Below, in pieces: positions 30,326 to 40,171 of a stretch of DNA of 64,000 bases (the first letter of the stretch is position 1; each line of letters starts with the position of its first letter). Source of the DNA: Candidatus Bathyarchaeota archaeon (GTDB taxonomy: Archaea > Thermoproteota > Bathyarchaeia > Bathyarchaeales > Bathycorpusculaceae); NCBI GenBank assembly GCA_963733095.1, contig CAVTBV010000014.1, positions 100,599 through 164,598 on the forward strand. The letters are read 5' to 3'. A program made the translations under genes and the position numbers. Below the pieces are notes generated by a model, which searched no databases, was not told the origin of the DNA, and saw only the letters and a program-made list of their open reading frames with translations.

Positions 30326-30790
30326 TTAAGATTTTTTCTTTTGCTCCATTGCTTGTTTTGCCAGAGCAACAGCTTCTTCTCTTGTTTTGCCAAAAAGTGC
30401 CCCAATTCTATCTGCGTCTGCTTTTTCAACGGCGGCTCCTCCGATTATGATTTGAACTTTCCCCTTTAGACCTTCGAGTTCTAGGGCAGAAACCAATTTG
30501 GGAAGATTCTCTTTAGCTGCACTAAGCAAAACCGAAACAACAGCGATGTCGGCGTTTACCTCTTTAACTTTTGAAGCAAAAGCTGTTGGAGAAACTCCTT
30601 TTCCAACATCGATAGTTTTGAACTGGGCGAGTTTGAGCGATTTTCTAACCATATTCTTAGCTGTGTCCATAACATCTGGATGTAGAGAACCTATCACGAC
30701 AGTTCCGATTGGGTTTTCAGGTTCAGGCGGCTCCTTTTCTCTCATAGCTTTCAACCATGCCACTTCAAAAATTCCTCCTAACTCTTTCAC
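30326..30790 (-). CDS. cobalamin-binding (corrinoid protein-like) domain lacking the axial His
   Basis: VVIGS..PDVMDTAKNMV (canonical DxHxxGKN), IDVG..V, S.LL, IIGGAAV. Confidence 0.78.
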   Translation of the reverse strand: MKELGGIFEVAWLKAMREKEPPEPENPIGTVVIGSLHPDVMDTAKNMVRKSLKLAQFKTIDVGKGVSPTAFASKVKEVNADIAVVSVLLSAAKENLPKLVSALELEGLKGKVQIIIGGAAVEKADADRIGALFGKTREEAVALAKQAMEQKKKS

Positions 30791-30895
30791 TATTTAATTA
30801 GAGCAGATCCTTTTAATGCTACCGTTAATCTAGAAAAACAATTGGAGGAAAATGGAGAGACTTATTGGGATAGTTTTTGTCGGTGCTTGCTAAAT

Positions 30896-32548
30896 TTATG
30901 CTTTGACGGAAACGCCTGTGACGTAGTCGGTGATTGCTTTTAGGTCTTCTTCGGGAGTTTTTAGGGGCATGATGTTGAGTTTTTCTACGAGCACTTTGAG
31001 GATGTTTGGGGTGATAAATGCAGGTAGACTTGGTCCTAAACGGATGTTTTTTACGCCTAAGTAGAAAAGAGACAGCAGAATGGCTACAGCTTTTTGTTCA
31101 TACCATGAAAGTATGAAGAACAACGGCAACTCGTTTATGTCGCATTTGAAGACTTCTGCGAAGGCTTGGGCGATTTTGACAGCTGAATAAGCGTCGTTGC
31201 ATTGCCCAATGTCTAGTAGTCTGGGGATTCCGTCTATTTCGCCTAAATCTTTGTCGAAGAATCGGAATTTTCCACATGCCAAAGTGAGAATGATAGAATC
31301 TTTTGGAGACTTTTCGACGAATTCGGTGTAGTAGTTGCGTCCTGGTTTAGCACCATCGCAGCCAGCCACTAAGAAGAAAGAGTTGATGTGCCCGTTCATT
31401 ACTGAGTCAACTATGTTTTCGGCTACTGAAAGAACTGCTTTTCTTCCAAACCCGACCATGACGTTCTTGACTTCGACGTCATCAGAAAAGCCTGGCAACT
31501 CTAAAGCTCTGTTTATGACTGGCAAGTAATCGTGGTCTTTTATGTGAGTTACTCCGGGATAACCGACGGTGCCTGAGGTGAAAATATTGTCCTTATATGT
31601 TTCCGTTGGTTTCTGAATGCAGTTGGTGGTCATCAAGATGGCGCCTGGAAAAGCGGCGAATTCTTTTTGTTGATTTTGCCATGCGGTTCCGTAGTGTCCG
31701 TAAAGGTTGGGGTATTTTTTGAGTCCTGGATAGCCATGTGCTGGGAGCATTTCTCCATGGGTGTAGACTGCGATATTTCTGCCTTGGGTTTGTTTTAGTA
31801 TGTTTTCTAAGTCGATGAGGTCGTGACCTGAGACTAGGATTGCTTTTCCTTTTTTGTGTCCTAGAGGAACTTTAGTTGGAACTGGATGACCGTAGGTTTC
31901 TGTGTTTCCTGCATCCAAGAGCTCCATGGCACGGATGTTGATTTCGCCGCATTTTAAAGCAAGATTCAAAAAGTCGTTAACGCCCAAAGAGGTATCCAGG
32001 GTGGCTGCCAAACCTTGTTGAATGAACTCAAAGACTTTGTCGTCCTTCTTTCCGAGCAGGTAAGCATGATACGTGTAGGCTGATACGCCTTTTAATCCGT
32101 AGATTAAGAGCCATCGTAGTCCATTTAAGTCAGGATCTGCCGAGGGATCAGAGTTCACTCCGACCTGTTTTCCTTGCTTGGCTAGTCCTTCCATTGTCTT
32201 CTCGAGGGACATATCCACTGGGCCATGGAATTCGACGTGGCCTCCGGCTGATTTGACCTTTTCACGTAGAGTGTCACGAAGTTTTGAGGATCTGTTTATG
32301 TATTCGACTATTGCGTCTGGGTCAAAATTCACGTTTGTTAATGTGACAAAAGCTGCCTCGCATATGAATAGGTTTAGTTGCTCATCTTTGACGCCTACTT
32401 TTTGTCCTTCTAAAGCTAACTGGGATAATCCTCTAAGCATGTAGATCAATAAGTCCTGGAGCGCTGCTACTTCAGGGCTTTTTCCACAAACACCATAAAC
32501 TGTACAACCTTTTCCTTGCACGGTCTGTTCACACTGATAACAAAACAT
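30896..32548 (-). CDS. hcp: hybrid cluster protein (hydroxylamine reductase)
   Basis: MFCYQCEQT...GC...GVCGK, SGHD, THGEMLPAH, GCDG, GQCNDAY, SWYEQKA. True start is at 32548. Confidence 0.95.
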   Translation of the reverse strand: MFCYQCEQTVQGKGCTVYGVCGKSPEVAALQDLLIYMLRGLSQLALEGQKVGVKDEQLNLFICEAAFVTLTNVNFDPDAIVEYINRSSKLRDTLREKVKSAGGHVEFHGPVDMSLEKTMEGLAKQGKQVGVNSDPSADPDLNGLRWLLIYGLKGVSAYTYHAYLLGKKDDKVFEFIQQGLAATLDTSLGVNDFLNLALKCGEINIRAMELLDAGNTETYGHPVPTKVPLGHKKGKAILVSGHDLIDLENILKQTQGRNIAVYTHGEMLPAHGYPGLKKYPNLYGHYGTAWQNQQKEFAAFPGAILMTTNCIQKPTETYKDNIFTSGTVGYPGVTHIKDHDYLPVINRALELPGFSDDVEVKNVMVGFGRKAVLSVAENIVDSVMNGHINSFFLVAGCDGAKPGRNYYTEFVEKSPKDSIILTLACGKFRFFDKDLGEIDGIPRLLDIGQCNDAYSAVKIAQAFAEVFKCDINELPLFFILSWYEQKAVAILLSLFYLGVKNIRLGPSLPAFITPNILKVLVEKLNIMPLKTPEEDLKAITDYVTGVSVKA

Positions 32549-32655
32549 TTGATCCAAGATAATGCACCTGCTTATTCTCTTGCTATTTTTGACGTAAATA
32601 GGTTTCGCAGGCGGTTTGGAATCGATTATTTGGCAGTTCTTAATTGTGTTTCTAT

Positions 32656-32793
32656 TTGTCTCTGGAAATTTGTCAGGGTTGCGGTCGAGGTATATCCAAA
32701 GAAGACTACGATATCTGTGTAGGCATATGTTTGGAATGCTGGGACGACCGGGTAAATGAGGAGTCTGACAGCATGTTCGACGACCTAAAGTAG
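32656..32793 (+). CDS. small zinc-finger protein (45 aa)
   Basis: Manual translation MSLEICQGCGRGISKEDYDICVGICLECWDDRVNEESDSMFDDLK*; two CxxC pairs; below the ORF-track cutoff. Confidence 0.55.
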   Translation: MSLEICQGCGRGISKEDYDICVGICLECWDDRVNEESDSMFDDLK

Positions 32794-32798
32794 GAGGC

Positions 32799-32880
32799 AT
32801 GCTCTTGTGGCCTCGTCAGAATTGTGGGCATGAAAACGATTAATCCTCAAGGGTTTGCGATAGTTGTGGCGTTTTGAGGA
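32799..32880 (+). pseudogene. degenerate RanBP2-like zinc-ribbon micro-gene
   Basis: GGAGG then MLLWPRQNCGHEND*SSRVCDSCGVLR, with an in-frame TAA. Confidence 0.4.
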
Positions 32881-32927
32881 TGCTAAAAATTAAATATGTC
32901 TTCTAAACTATCTGCTTGTAGAGCTAA

Positions 32928-33131
32928 ATGTCGTATAGGAACAGTAGTGCTGATAGATGTTCCCGTTGTGGTGGTGCAGTACTTAGGGGTGCACAGGGCG
33001 GTTTCTTTTGTTGTGTGTGTGGACTTGAAAAACGAGAATTTCATGGAGACTACGAATCAGTCGATACCCGAATGTTTTCTCGACGAAACAACCCAGAAAA
33101 TACTAAGCATTTACAAAGAAAAATCTTTTAA
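32928..33131 (+). CDS. small zinc-ribbon protein, copy 1
   Basis: CSRCGG....FFCCVCG; near-identical to 49380..49580. Confidence 0.6.
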   Translation: MSYRNSSADRCSRCGGAVLRGAQGGFFCCVCGLEKREFHGDYESVDTRMFSRRNNPENTKHLQRKIF

Positions 33132-33360
33132 AATATTGTGAACGTGATACGTTGGCTCTGGTCATATTGCATGAACAATTAGTCAATTATACCTAGTTAC
33201 TTCTTTATGTGCGTTTAGATTGAGGTATTGTTCAGAAAACAATCGAAGCGTTCTTGAGTAAAAGTCTTCATTAGTTGAGTGGAGGCGTTTCAATGAAAAA
33301 TCAATTATTACCTCTTGCAGAAGGTAGAAATAAAAAAGATATTACTGCCCCCAGTCTTCT

Positions 33361-33467
33361 TAATTTAAGAATTATAGTGGAAAATTCCTTGAAAATTATG
33401 CCAAGGGTGTACCAGATGACGCTAAGCAGTAATTTAAAATTATATTGAGAAAATAGCGGATAATTAT
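33361..33467 (+). repeat. two tandem half-copies of the AATTAT-N15-GATAATTAT element
   Basis: 33361-33399 and 33430-33467 keep the exact 15-nt spacing. Confidence 0.65.
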
Positions 33468-33836
33468 TTAACTGTGCAAGAGCTAAGCGCTAAATAGAAA
33501 AGGTGTGCAAGCTGGAAATTCATGAAATATTTTGTCCGATTCAACTAAGGTGTTATTGGTTTCTTAACCCAGTTAGCAATAGTCTCACTAAAAGACACGC
33601 GCATGATTTTTTCGCGCGCTAGCCGCCGGCTTTATTTGTTGTTGTATTCGAGTGCCCACAAAGGTTTTTATGCCTACGAGCTTCTCTGCTTTGATAACGC
33701 GCATGCGCGCGATTAATATCGCATCTAACTTTTTGCAAATAACAAGATTGGTGCTGGCTTTTTTGCTAAAACCAATTTTTGTTTGCTTAAAGTTAGTTGT
33801 AATTTGTCAAAAATTAAAGGAAGGAAAAGCAAAAAA

Positions 33837-36683
33837 ATGAAAAGATTTAAAAATAAGGCTATTGCAATTTTGACAGCAGTACTTTTAACGATTTCAATGA
33901 TAGCAGCTATTGCATTACTACCAAACGTCACCGCACACGATCCGGGATACCAGATTCCAACGTTTGCTTACATTGCGGTTCATCCTGACCCAATCGGTGT
34001 CGGCCAGACAGTTAACGTTTTCATGTGGCTCAACCAAATCTTCGGAGTAGGCTTGGGTGACTCAAGCAGCTATGCACTACTATCCAACAGCTACAGATTC
34101 CACAACTACAATTTCACTATCGTTGCTCCAGACGGCACTGTTAAAACTACAATTTTCGAAACTGTTTCAGACACTACCTCAAACCAAATAACAAGTTTCA
34201 CTCCCGACCAAACTGGTACATACACTTTAATGTTCAATTTCCCAGGACAAACATACACAGCAAGCAACGGTAATCCAAACAGTATAATGGTCAACGACAC
34301 ATATCTACCAAGCAGCGCATCAACAACACTTACTGTTCAATCAGAAGCAGTTCCAGGTGCTATAGGTAGTTCTCCGTTGCCGACCGCTTACTGGACACGT
34401 CCAATCTACGGTGAAAACAGTGACTGGTGGACTATTTCCTCAAACTGGCTGGGCGCAGGCTCAGCGGTTAACCCCGCAGTAGGTTCAGGCGTAGTCTCAA
34501 GTTTCTCTACAGGACCACCAACAAACATGTGGGGAGCAATCATGAGTCGAAATCCCGGTGACGCAATAGGGTCCCTGACTAGCCACGTAATGTGGACTAA
34601 GCCGATTCAAAGTGGCGGAGTCGTCGGAGGCAACGCGTTCTATGAAGGCGGTGGATATCCAGGAAACGGTCAAGGAGTCGGCTACTACGAAGGAACTGCA
34701 TACGAACAACGCTACATCAACCCGATAATTATGGACGGTATCCTCTACTACATGGGAGTATTAGGATTCGATGCTCCAAGCTATGGACCATTAACAGCTC
34801 TTAATCTGCAAACTGGACAAGTTGTTTGGACCAGCAATACATTGCCAGCGCCATCATTTGGCTACATATACAACCTTTGGAACCCTGATGAACACGGAAC
34901 TTTCCCACCAATACTAATTTGCCCGAACGGAGCCCTATGGGAAATGGTTGATGGATTCACTGGAACCGTACTGTTTAACGTGACTGGTGTTCCCTCAGGC
35001 TACGTCGCAGCAGGCCCATCAGGCGAACAACTACGATACGTCTTACAGAACAAAGGTACAACCGCAAACCCGAACTGGTACTTGGCAGAATGGAATTCAT
35101 CAAGAATCTGGCAATACGACATTAACCCATTCACAGGTGCAGGAAGTGTTTCACCAGCAATCATCAATGCAAGCACCGCATCATCATTAGTTACAATATT
35201 CCCAGCTTCCAACCAAGCAGCCGCTCAAAATACGCTCATTGTCCAAGCAAACGTAGGATTTAACACAATTGTCCCAGGTACACTTTTGGACTCTACTAAG
35301 TACCCCTCAGAATGCACTTATGACTGGAACGTTTCAATACCCGAACTGAACAACCCTGGCGGATCATCACCTTCAGTAATTGCAGGAATGTACAACAACG
35401 TTTTGATGACCTTGAACGGAACTCTACCCGCATCGCCAAGCAGCTTTAATGGAGCAGGCAGCTATACACCTTACACCTACATGGCATTCGACCTAACCAT
35501 CGGCCATGAAGGGGCATTTAAATGGATAAACACACTCCAACCAGTAGCAGGCAACGTCACCGTTTACTATGCAGGCGTTGATCCGACAACTAACGTCTTC
35601 ATAGAAGAAAACTATGAAACCTTGAATTGGGTTGGATATAGCCTGTTAACAGGACAAAAGATATGGGGTCCAACTCCAGCTATGGAGTCGCTTGACTACT
35701 ATGGTCAAACAGCGCCAAACGAATTCTGCGGTCAACTTGCCTTTGGTAACTTATACACAAGCGCATTCGGTGGAACAGTATACTGCTATAATGATTCAAC
35801 TGGAGAACTGCAATGGACATACGGTAACAGCAACACACCTGGCAACAGCACTCTTGCAGGATTTAATACACCCTACGGCGATTATCCGACGTTCATTCAG
35901 GCAGTTGGCAGCAATGGCGTGATTTACACTGTTACAACTGAGCACACTGTGATCGACCCGATCTACAAAGGTTCATTAGCTCGGGCAATTAATGCCACAA
36001 CAGGTGAAGAGATCTGGACAATTTCAGATTACACCAGCGAATTCATTCAAATGAGTTATGCTATCGCAGACGGATACAACACTTGGTTTAACGGGTATGA
36101 TGGACAAATCTATGTTGTAGGCAGAGGACCGAGTCAAACAACTGTTACAGCGCCAAATGCAGGTTTAGCCTTCGGGCAGAGCGTGGTAATACGCGGTACA
36201 GTTACGGATATATCCTCTGGCACAGAGCAGACGCAGCAGGCAGCTAATTTCCCCAACGGCATTCCAGTTGCAGCAGACGGGATTATGGGTGACTGGATGG
36301 GCTATGTCTACCAGCAGCAACCATTGCCAACTAACTTCACAGGTGTTCCAGTGGCGATCAGTGTGACGGATTCAAACGGCAATACCAGAGTTATCGGCAC
36401 TACGACAACTGACGCAAGCGGCGATTACGCTCTAACATGGGTCCCTGACATCCCCGGTGACTTTACTGTAACCGCAAACTTCGCGGGAACAAATGGTTAC
36501 TGGCCATCAGCATCGACGACCTCATTTAACGTCATGGTAGCTTCAACACCTGCGCCGACAACCTCAGTGCCTTCAGGTCTTGCGTCTACAGATACTGTGG
36601 TGTATGGCATAGTGGCAATTATAGTTGTGATGGTTATAATTGGCATTGTGTTAGCATTGCTCATGCTGAGAAAGCGGCCCTAA
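33837..36683 (+). CDS. large cell-surface PQQ-like beta-propeller protein, paralog 1
   Basis: Signal peptide, P.P.GVGQ Ig-like domain, LPT.YW.RP, repeated TG...W blades, W..YVY.QQP, C-terminal TM+RKRP. Confidence 0.85.
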   Translation: MKRFKNKAIAILTAVLLTISMIAAIALLPNVTAHDPGYQIPTFAYIAVHPDPIGVGQTVNVFMWLNQIFGVGLGDSSSYALLSNSYRFHNYNFTIVAPDGTVKTTIFETVSDTTSNQITSFTPDQTGTYTLMFNFPGQTYTASNGNPNSIMVNDTYLPSSASTTLTVQSEAVPGAIGSSPLPTAYWTRPIYGENSDWWTISSNWLGAGSAVNPAVGSGVVSSFSTGPPTNMWGAIMSRNPGDAIGSLTSHVMWTKPIQSGGVVGGNAFYEGGGYPGNGQGVGYYEGTAYEQRYINPIIMDGILYYMGVLGFDAPSYGPLTALNLQTGQVVWTSNTLPAPSFGYIYNLWNPDEHGTFPPILICPNGALWEMVDGFTGTVLFNVTGVPSGYVAAGPSGEQLRYVLQNKGTTANPNWYLAEWNSSRIWQYDINPFTGAGSVSPAIINASTASSLVTIFPASNQAAAQNTLIVQANVGFNTIVPGTLLDSTKYPSECTYDWNVSIPELNNPGGSSPSVIAGMYNNVLMTLNGTLPASPSSFNGAGSYTPYTYMAFDLTIGHEGAFKWINTLQPVAGNVTVYYAGVDPTTNVFIEENYETLNWVGYSLLTGQKIWGPTPAMESLDYYGQTAPNEFCGQLAFGNLYTSAFGGTVYCYNDSTGELQWTYGNSNTPGNSTLAGFNTPYGDYPTFIQAVGSNGVIYTVTTEHTVIDPIYKGSLARAINATTGEEIWTISDYTSEFIQMSYAIADGYNTWFNGYDGQIYVVGRGPSQTTVTAPNAGLAFGQSVVIRGTVTDISSGTEQTQQAANFPNGIPVAADGIMGDWMGYVYQQQPLPTNFTGVPVAISVTDSNGNTRVIGTTTTDASGDYALTWVPDIPGDFTVTANFAGTNGYWPSASTTSFNVMVASTPAPTTSVPSGLASTDTVVYGIVAIIVVMVIIGIVLALLMLRKRP

Positions 36684-36702
36684 GCTAAAGAACCAAATAA
36701 AT

Positions 36703-36722
36703 TTCTTCCCTTTTTTTTGTTT
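36703..36722 (+). terminator. pyrimidine/T-tract terminator
   Basis: ttcttcccttttttttgttt about 20 bp after the stop. Confidence 0.55.
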
Positions 36723-37082
36723 AAATGTATACGTTGAGGGCTGAGTGGGCTCTAGTTTAATTGGCAATGCTAGTGGCTATATTTTTGTGAGGAGCGTTTT
36801 GCGGTATTGCCGAGTATTCGCCCTTCGCAGAAAAATCAGAATACAAAAAATAGCTCAGCGGCAATCAGTGAATAGTCTTATCAGAGGTTTCAAGGTTCAC
36901 TTGGCGCTCGCTTGAAGTAAGGTTAGATGGCTAAATCACGGCTTTATTCCCGTAGGTAGCAGAGGACACTGTTTCGCTCGGATACACTACTTTCCACCTA
37001 TCGCTCTAAAAAACCTGGTAGTTTGGCAAGTAACAGATCTAACAAAATCATATATTTCAGTTAATATCAACTGATTGTTCAA

Positions 37083-38669
37083 ATGAAAAAGCAGATCTCT
37101 GTAATAACAATTTTACTTCTTGGCTCGCTTATAGCATCTTATGTGGGGTCAGTTCAAGGTTGGAGTAACGGCGGCTATTCTGCTGACCCTTCTTACCCAG
37201 ATTATGGAACGCATGATTGGATTGCTCAACATGCCTTAGATTGGTTGCCAACCCAAGAGAAACAATACATCATTGATAACTTGGCGGCTTATCTTTACGG
37301 AACGGAGCTTCCAGACAACAATAATGCTTCAGTTCCAGGTCATATAGGGGACACAACAAAACACCATATTTACTTCAGGTCCACTGGAGTTCTTCAAGAT
37401 GACGCTGCCGCAGTCAGAGCCGATGAAGAATACCAAAATGCGTTAAGTCGCCTAAACGCTGGAAATCTTTCAGGCGCTGCCACAATTGTGGGAATAATGA
37501 GCCATTATATCGCAGACGTGGCTGTTTTCGCTCATGTAATGGGTGCAAATACTGATTGGGATGCCGAAACAGGTAACAACCATGCTAACTATGAAAGCTA
37601 TGTTGAAACCCGAACAAACGCTTATTCTGACACCTACAATTCCTACTTACTGTTCGATGGACTCTTGTCAAGTGTTTCTGCTTATGATGCAGCGAAAAAC
37701 CTTGCCTATGACACAACTTTTGATAACGGTGGAATCTACAATTGCGTTTGGATGAATAATAACTATGATACTTCTAATCCTAACTCTGCTTATTGGGTCA
37801 GAGCTGGAGAATCCCTCAACCTTGCAGTAAATGCAGTTGCAGATGTCTTGCATACCCTCTACATCAGCTCAAACGCTCAGCCAACATCTACCCCAACACC
37901 AACTCCGAGCCCTACTCCTACTCAAACGGGGACAGATCATATATTAATCAATGAAATCGAACAAAACCCTACTGGAACTGATGCTGGAAACGAATATATT
38001 GAACTTTTTAACCCCACCGTAAACAGCGTAGATATTAGCAGTTGGACTGTATCCTCGACTGCAGGAGCCACAGTTACCTTGACAATTTCTTCAGGAACAG
38101 TACTTCAATCTAATGGATATTATTTGGTGATGTCTGGTTCACAATGGATAGATAACGAAGGCGAATCGGTAATTTTACGCAATTTCAGCGGTAATGAAGT
38201 AGACAGAACTCCTTCTTTTAGTGATACAGATAATAACGGTTGGAGTTGGCAGAGATATCCGGATGGTCAAGATACAGACTCAACAGCCGACTGGGCGTTT
38301 CGATTGTCTACAAAAGAAGTGTCTAACGGCGGGATACCAACTCCAACACCATCTCCAACTCCAAGCCCTCCCCCAACTGTAACTCCAACGCTAACCCCAA
38401 GTCTCACTCCTTCCCCTTCTCCAACGCCTTCACCTGCAGCAACTCCGACGCTCATACCTACCATTGCTCCAACGCAAGCTCCAATAGCGATAACTTCACC
38501 CACACCATTCACTACATCAACTCCGACCGCAACACCGTATTCTATCCAGAACCCGACACCTATGCCTACAATTCCAGAGTTTCCACCAACCATAATGCTG
38601 CTCCTGATGGCTGTGTTATTTCTAATAGTAACTTTAGGTTTGGTTGCCTATCTTAAGCAAAAATCCTGA
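37083..38669 (+). CDS. secreted Zn-dependent phospholipase C/S1-P1-fold enzyme + lamin-tail domain + Pro/Thr linker + PEF-CTERM-like anchor
   Basis: Mature N-terminal W (VQG|WSNGG..HDWIA), PD...HH, HY.AD...HV, H..YE; ILINEIE.NP.G.D...EYIELFN; IPEFP+TM+basic end. Confidence 0.82.
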   Translation: MKKQISVITILLLGSLIASYVGSVQGWSNGGYSADPSYPDYGTHDWIAQHALDWLPTQEKQYIIDNLAAYLYGTELPDNNNASVPGHIGDTTKHHIYFRSTGVLQDDAAAVRADEEYQNALSRLNAGNLSGAATIVGIMSHYIADVAVFAHVMGANTDWDAETGNNHANYESYVETRTNAYSDTYNSYLLFDGLLSSVSAYDAAKNLAYDTTFDNGGIYNCVWMNNNYDTSNPNSAYWVRAGESLNLAVNAVADVLHTLYISSNAQPTSTPTPTPSPTPTQTGTDHILINEIEQNPTGTDAGNEYIELFNPTVNSVDISSWTVSSTAGATVTLTISSGTVLQSNGYYLVMSGSQWIDNEGESVILRNFSGNEVDRTPSFSDTDNNGWSWQRYPDGQDTDSTADWAFRLSTKEVSNGGIPTPTPSPTPSPPPTVTPTLTPSLTPSPSPTPSPAATPTLIPTIAPTQAPIAITSPTPFTTSTPTATPYSIQNPTPMPTIPEFPPTIMLLLMAVLFLIVTLGLVAYLKQKS

Positions 38670-38863
38670 TCTTGAGTATGAGCTTGTATCCATAATTTTT
38701 TTTCTTAGAAACAGAAAAGAGAAAGCCGAAGTAAACTTGCCCAACCAACATTTATGACTGTGAAGTACTATTTTCCCGATAACAACTATAATACATTGAT
38801 TATAACGCAAATTAACAAAACGACAAGTGAATAATTAAAAAAATTGTGTTCGAATTTGTAAAG

Positions 38864-39385
38864 TCAGGACTTGGAAAAGTACCACTTCTTAATTTCTTCC
38901 AAGCTTTTTTGGGATTTATTGAATTCAGACAACATGCAGTCTATAGATTTGGAGCACCCGAAGCACGTTTCAGGTACAACTTCATTTTTGCCTTTTTCTC
39001 TGAGAAACCCAAAATAGTAGGAACACTGAAATTCCGAGGTTCCCCAGGTTTGTTCTTTAGGTCTTTCTCGGCTCTCATTGCTAAGCTCCGCTGACTTTTT
39101 GTTTGAAATAATTTCTACAATATTTGGCTCTTCCAAATGAGAATATGCACGAGCACGTTCAGAGGTTAAATCGAAAACATGCGGGTTTGCTGTTGCCTTT
39201 ACATCAATTACTTTTGTATCTTCAGTTACTATTTCAATTTTCGTCATGCAATGGGGGCAAGCGTAATGTGTTTCTCTAGGAATCTTAGATGAGTCGGTAA
39301 TCATGGTGGGCTTGTCAAATTCTTTCTCGCATCCTTTATAGGGGCACTTGAGCTTACTTTTTTGGAGCTCGCGGAGAAAACGCAA
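38864..39385 (-). CDS. Cys-rich zinc-binding hypothetical protein
   Basis: CPYKGC...ACPHC and C.YYFGFL...PETCFGC....DCM. Confidence 0.75.
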   Translation of the reverse strand: MRFLRELQKSKLKCPYKGCEKEFDKPTMITDSSKIPRETHYACPHCMTKIEIVTEDTKVIDVKATANPHVFDLTSERARAYSHLEEPNIVEIISNKKSAELSNESRERPKEQTWGTSEFQCSYYFGFLREKGKNEVVPETCFGCSKSIDCMLSEFNKSQKSLEEIKKWYFSKS

Positions 39386-39582
39386 ATCGGTCGCTTTCCT
39401 TGATATTCTGGGTTGATGAATATTCTGCTAATTGTGTTACCATGCCTTTCCACTGACTGCAATATTTATGGATATTGTACACATTTAGATATTATGACTT
39501 AATATACAATATTACTACTCCACAAACTCAATACAGAAAAAAGACTATGAGGGCCAAATAGGTCAAAGAAAGGAAGAATAAT

Positions 39583-39837
39583 TTGCCTATTATTCGGTGC
39601 ACGTGCAGTTTTGAGTATCTTTGGTTGCCAGATATGCAAGTTATGGGTCAGGCTATCGAAAAGCATGCTTTGAGCATTTTACGGAGAAATTTTACTCGTT
39701 TCCAAGCGAATGGCGATGTTAAAAGTGCGAAAATTTTGGGTGTTGATGCTTTTGGTGACAGAAAAAAAGCACATTTCGATAACATATTTAGCTTAACGCA
39801 AAATGGAATTATAATGCTAATCTTTTTCTTCTCTTGA
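39583..39837 (+). CDS. hypothetical protein, possibly degenerate
   Basis: TTG ORF after AAGGAAG; only the N-terminal part (MPIIRCTC...AIEKH) looks protein-like. Confidence 0.3.
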   Translation: MPIIRCTCSFEYLWLPDMQVMGQAIEKHALSILRRNFTRFQANGDVKSAKILGVDAFGDRKKAHFDNIFSLTQNGIIMLIFFFS

Positions 39838-39924
39838 ACTTATACACATACTATTGAATGTCTGTCGCCTTATCACTTAGTCAGACGAATATCTCTCAAC
39901 AAAAACAATCTTTGAAAAGTAGGA

Positions 39925-39962
39925 TAATTAAGAATTATGTTAAGAATTCCCAAGATAATTAT
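39925..39962 (+). repeat. half-copy of palindromic element
   Basis: TAATT-AAG-AATTAT-GTTAAGAATTCCCAA-GATAATTAT. Confidence 0.8.
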
Positions 39963-40171
39963 GCGTCAAATTCCTTGTTTGTAGTTGGTTTTGATTTGGC
40001 TCAGTTATTTTCAAGGATGAATCTATAGCACTTCTTTTTTCCAATTTTTTTAATAAACTCTTATCTATTTGTTGATTGGCAGAACAAAGAATGGTTTTCC
40101 CGATTAAGGCAGTCAAGAAAGTTTGACGAAAAAACTTTTATTCTCCTATCAATTGGCACCAATGAGATAAA

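Noticed and set aside
32549-32800. 84-aa N-terminal extension of Hcp in the ORF track
   Set aside because: Hcp proteins begin at MFCYQC; the extension is the antisense of small plus-strand ORFs.
32896-33141. Alternative-frame ORF (also 49399..49734) in the duplicated segment
   Set aside because: Start and length differ between the two copies, whereas the CxxC frame is conserved.
36845-36915. tRNA-like TAGCTCAGCGG...GGTTCA
   Set aside because: No complementary D-stem, acceptor stem or proper T-arm could be formed.
38330-38570. Tandem-looking ACTCCA/ACACCA repeats
   Set aside because: They encode the Pro/Thr linker and are explained by the CDS.
38829-38855. ATAATT-AAAAA-AATTGTGTT as a further element copy
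   Set aside because: Central spacing differs and the distal GATAATTAT box is missing; may be chance in AT-rich DNA.
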